The position numbers and the translations under genes were made by a program. A stretch of 63,422 nucleotides of DNA, filler included, from Octopus bimaculoides (taxonomy: Eukaryota), in NCBI RefSeq assembly GCF_001194135.2. It is 4 parts of 4 records of this genome, joined end to end, with 100 filler letters (N's around TTAATTAATTAA, not from the genome) between each part and the next. Parts side by side here need not be neighbours in the genome. Positions count along the whole stretch, not along the records: positions 57,945 to 63,422 come from NC_068992.1; 3 more parts are not named here. One strand, written 5' to 3'. The notes under the pieces are model-generated. The model did not search any database and was not told the DNA's origin. It was given only the letters and a program-made list of their open reading frames with translations. The number at the start of each line of letters is the position of its first letter. Within the stretch, counting starts at the first letter, position 1. Shown here piece by piece: positions 63,290 to 63,422 of the stretch.

Positions 63290-63422
63290 AATGATAATAA
63301 TAATCTTGCTGACTGGTTTAAGCATTTCATTGGAAATGGTTTTGAGTAGTAGCGATTTATCAGATCATTTACCAATTAATTAGACACCTGCTTATTACCT
63401 TATCTGCAGTAATATATTTCAG

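Overview
AT-rich, microsatellite-saturated, gap-ridden animal genomic DNA. The SINE families and simple-repeat landscape point to a coleoid cephalopod, most likely Octopus (inference, no database check). Three identical 100-bp synthetic spacers (N44-TTAATTAATTAA-N44) split the window into four joined segments: 1-25376, 25477-43551, 43652-57844 and 57945-63422. CpG content switches at these spacers: segments 1 and 3 are CpG-depleted, segments 2 and 4 CpG-retaining. No host gene could be named. Nearly all listed ORFs are microsatellite or N-gap artefacts. Supportable content: many tRNA-derived SINEs; 3' ends of RTE LINEs; decayed R4/Dong-like and Penelope-like reverse transcriptases; pogo/Tigger, Tc1 (DD34E), mariner and maT (DD37D) transposase remnants; several MITEs; and a Ty3/Gypsy (Mag-like) LTR element. 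Most notable: (i) the Gypsy element and the SINE it landed in are split by an old ~5.9-kb inversion that can be rebuilt from the sequence; (ii) hammerhead-ribozyme-like folds in small TA-flanked repeats, two families showing an unusual GUU cleavage triplet; (iii) an intact orphan three-finger C2H2 ORF of retroelement type; (iv) candidate minus-strand host exons in the CpG-depleted segments; (v) a ~220-bp foldback hairpin.
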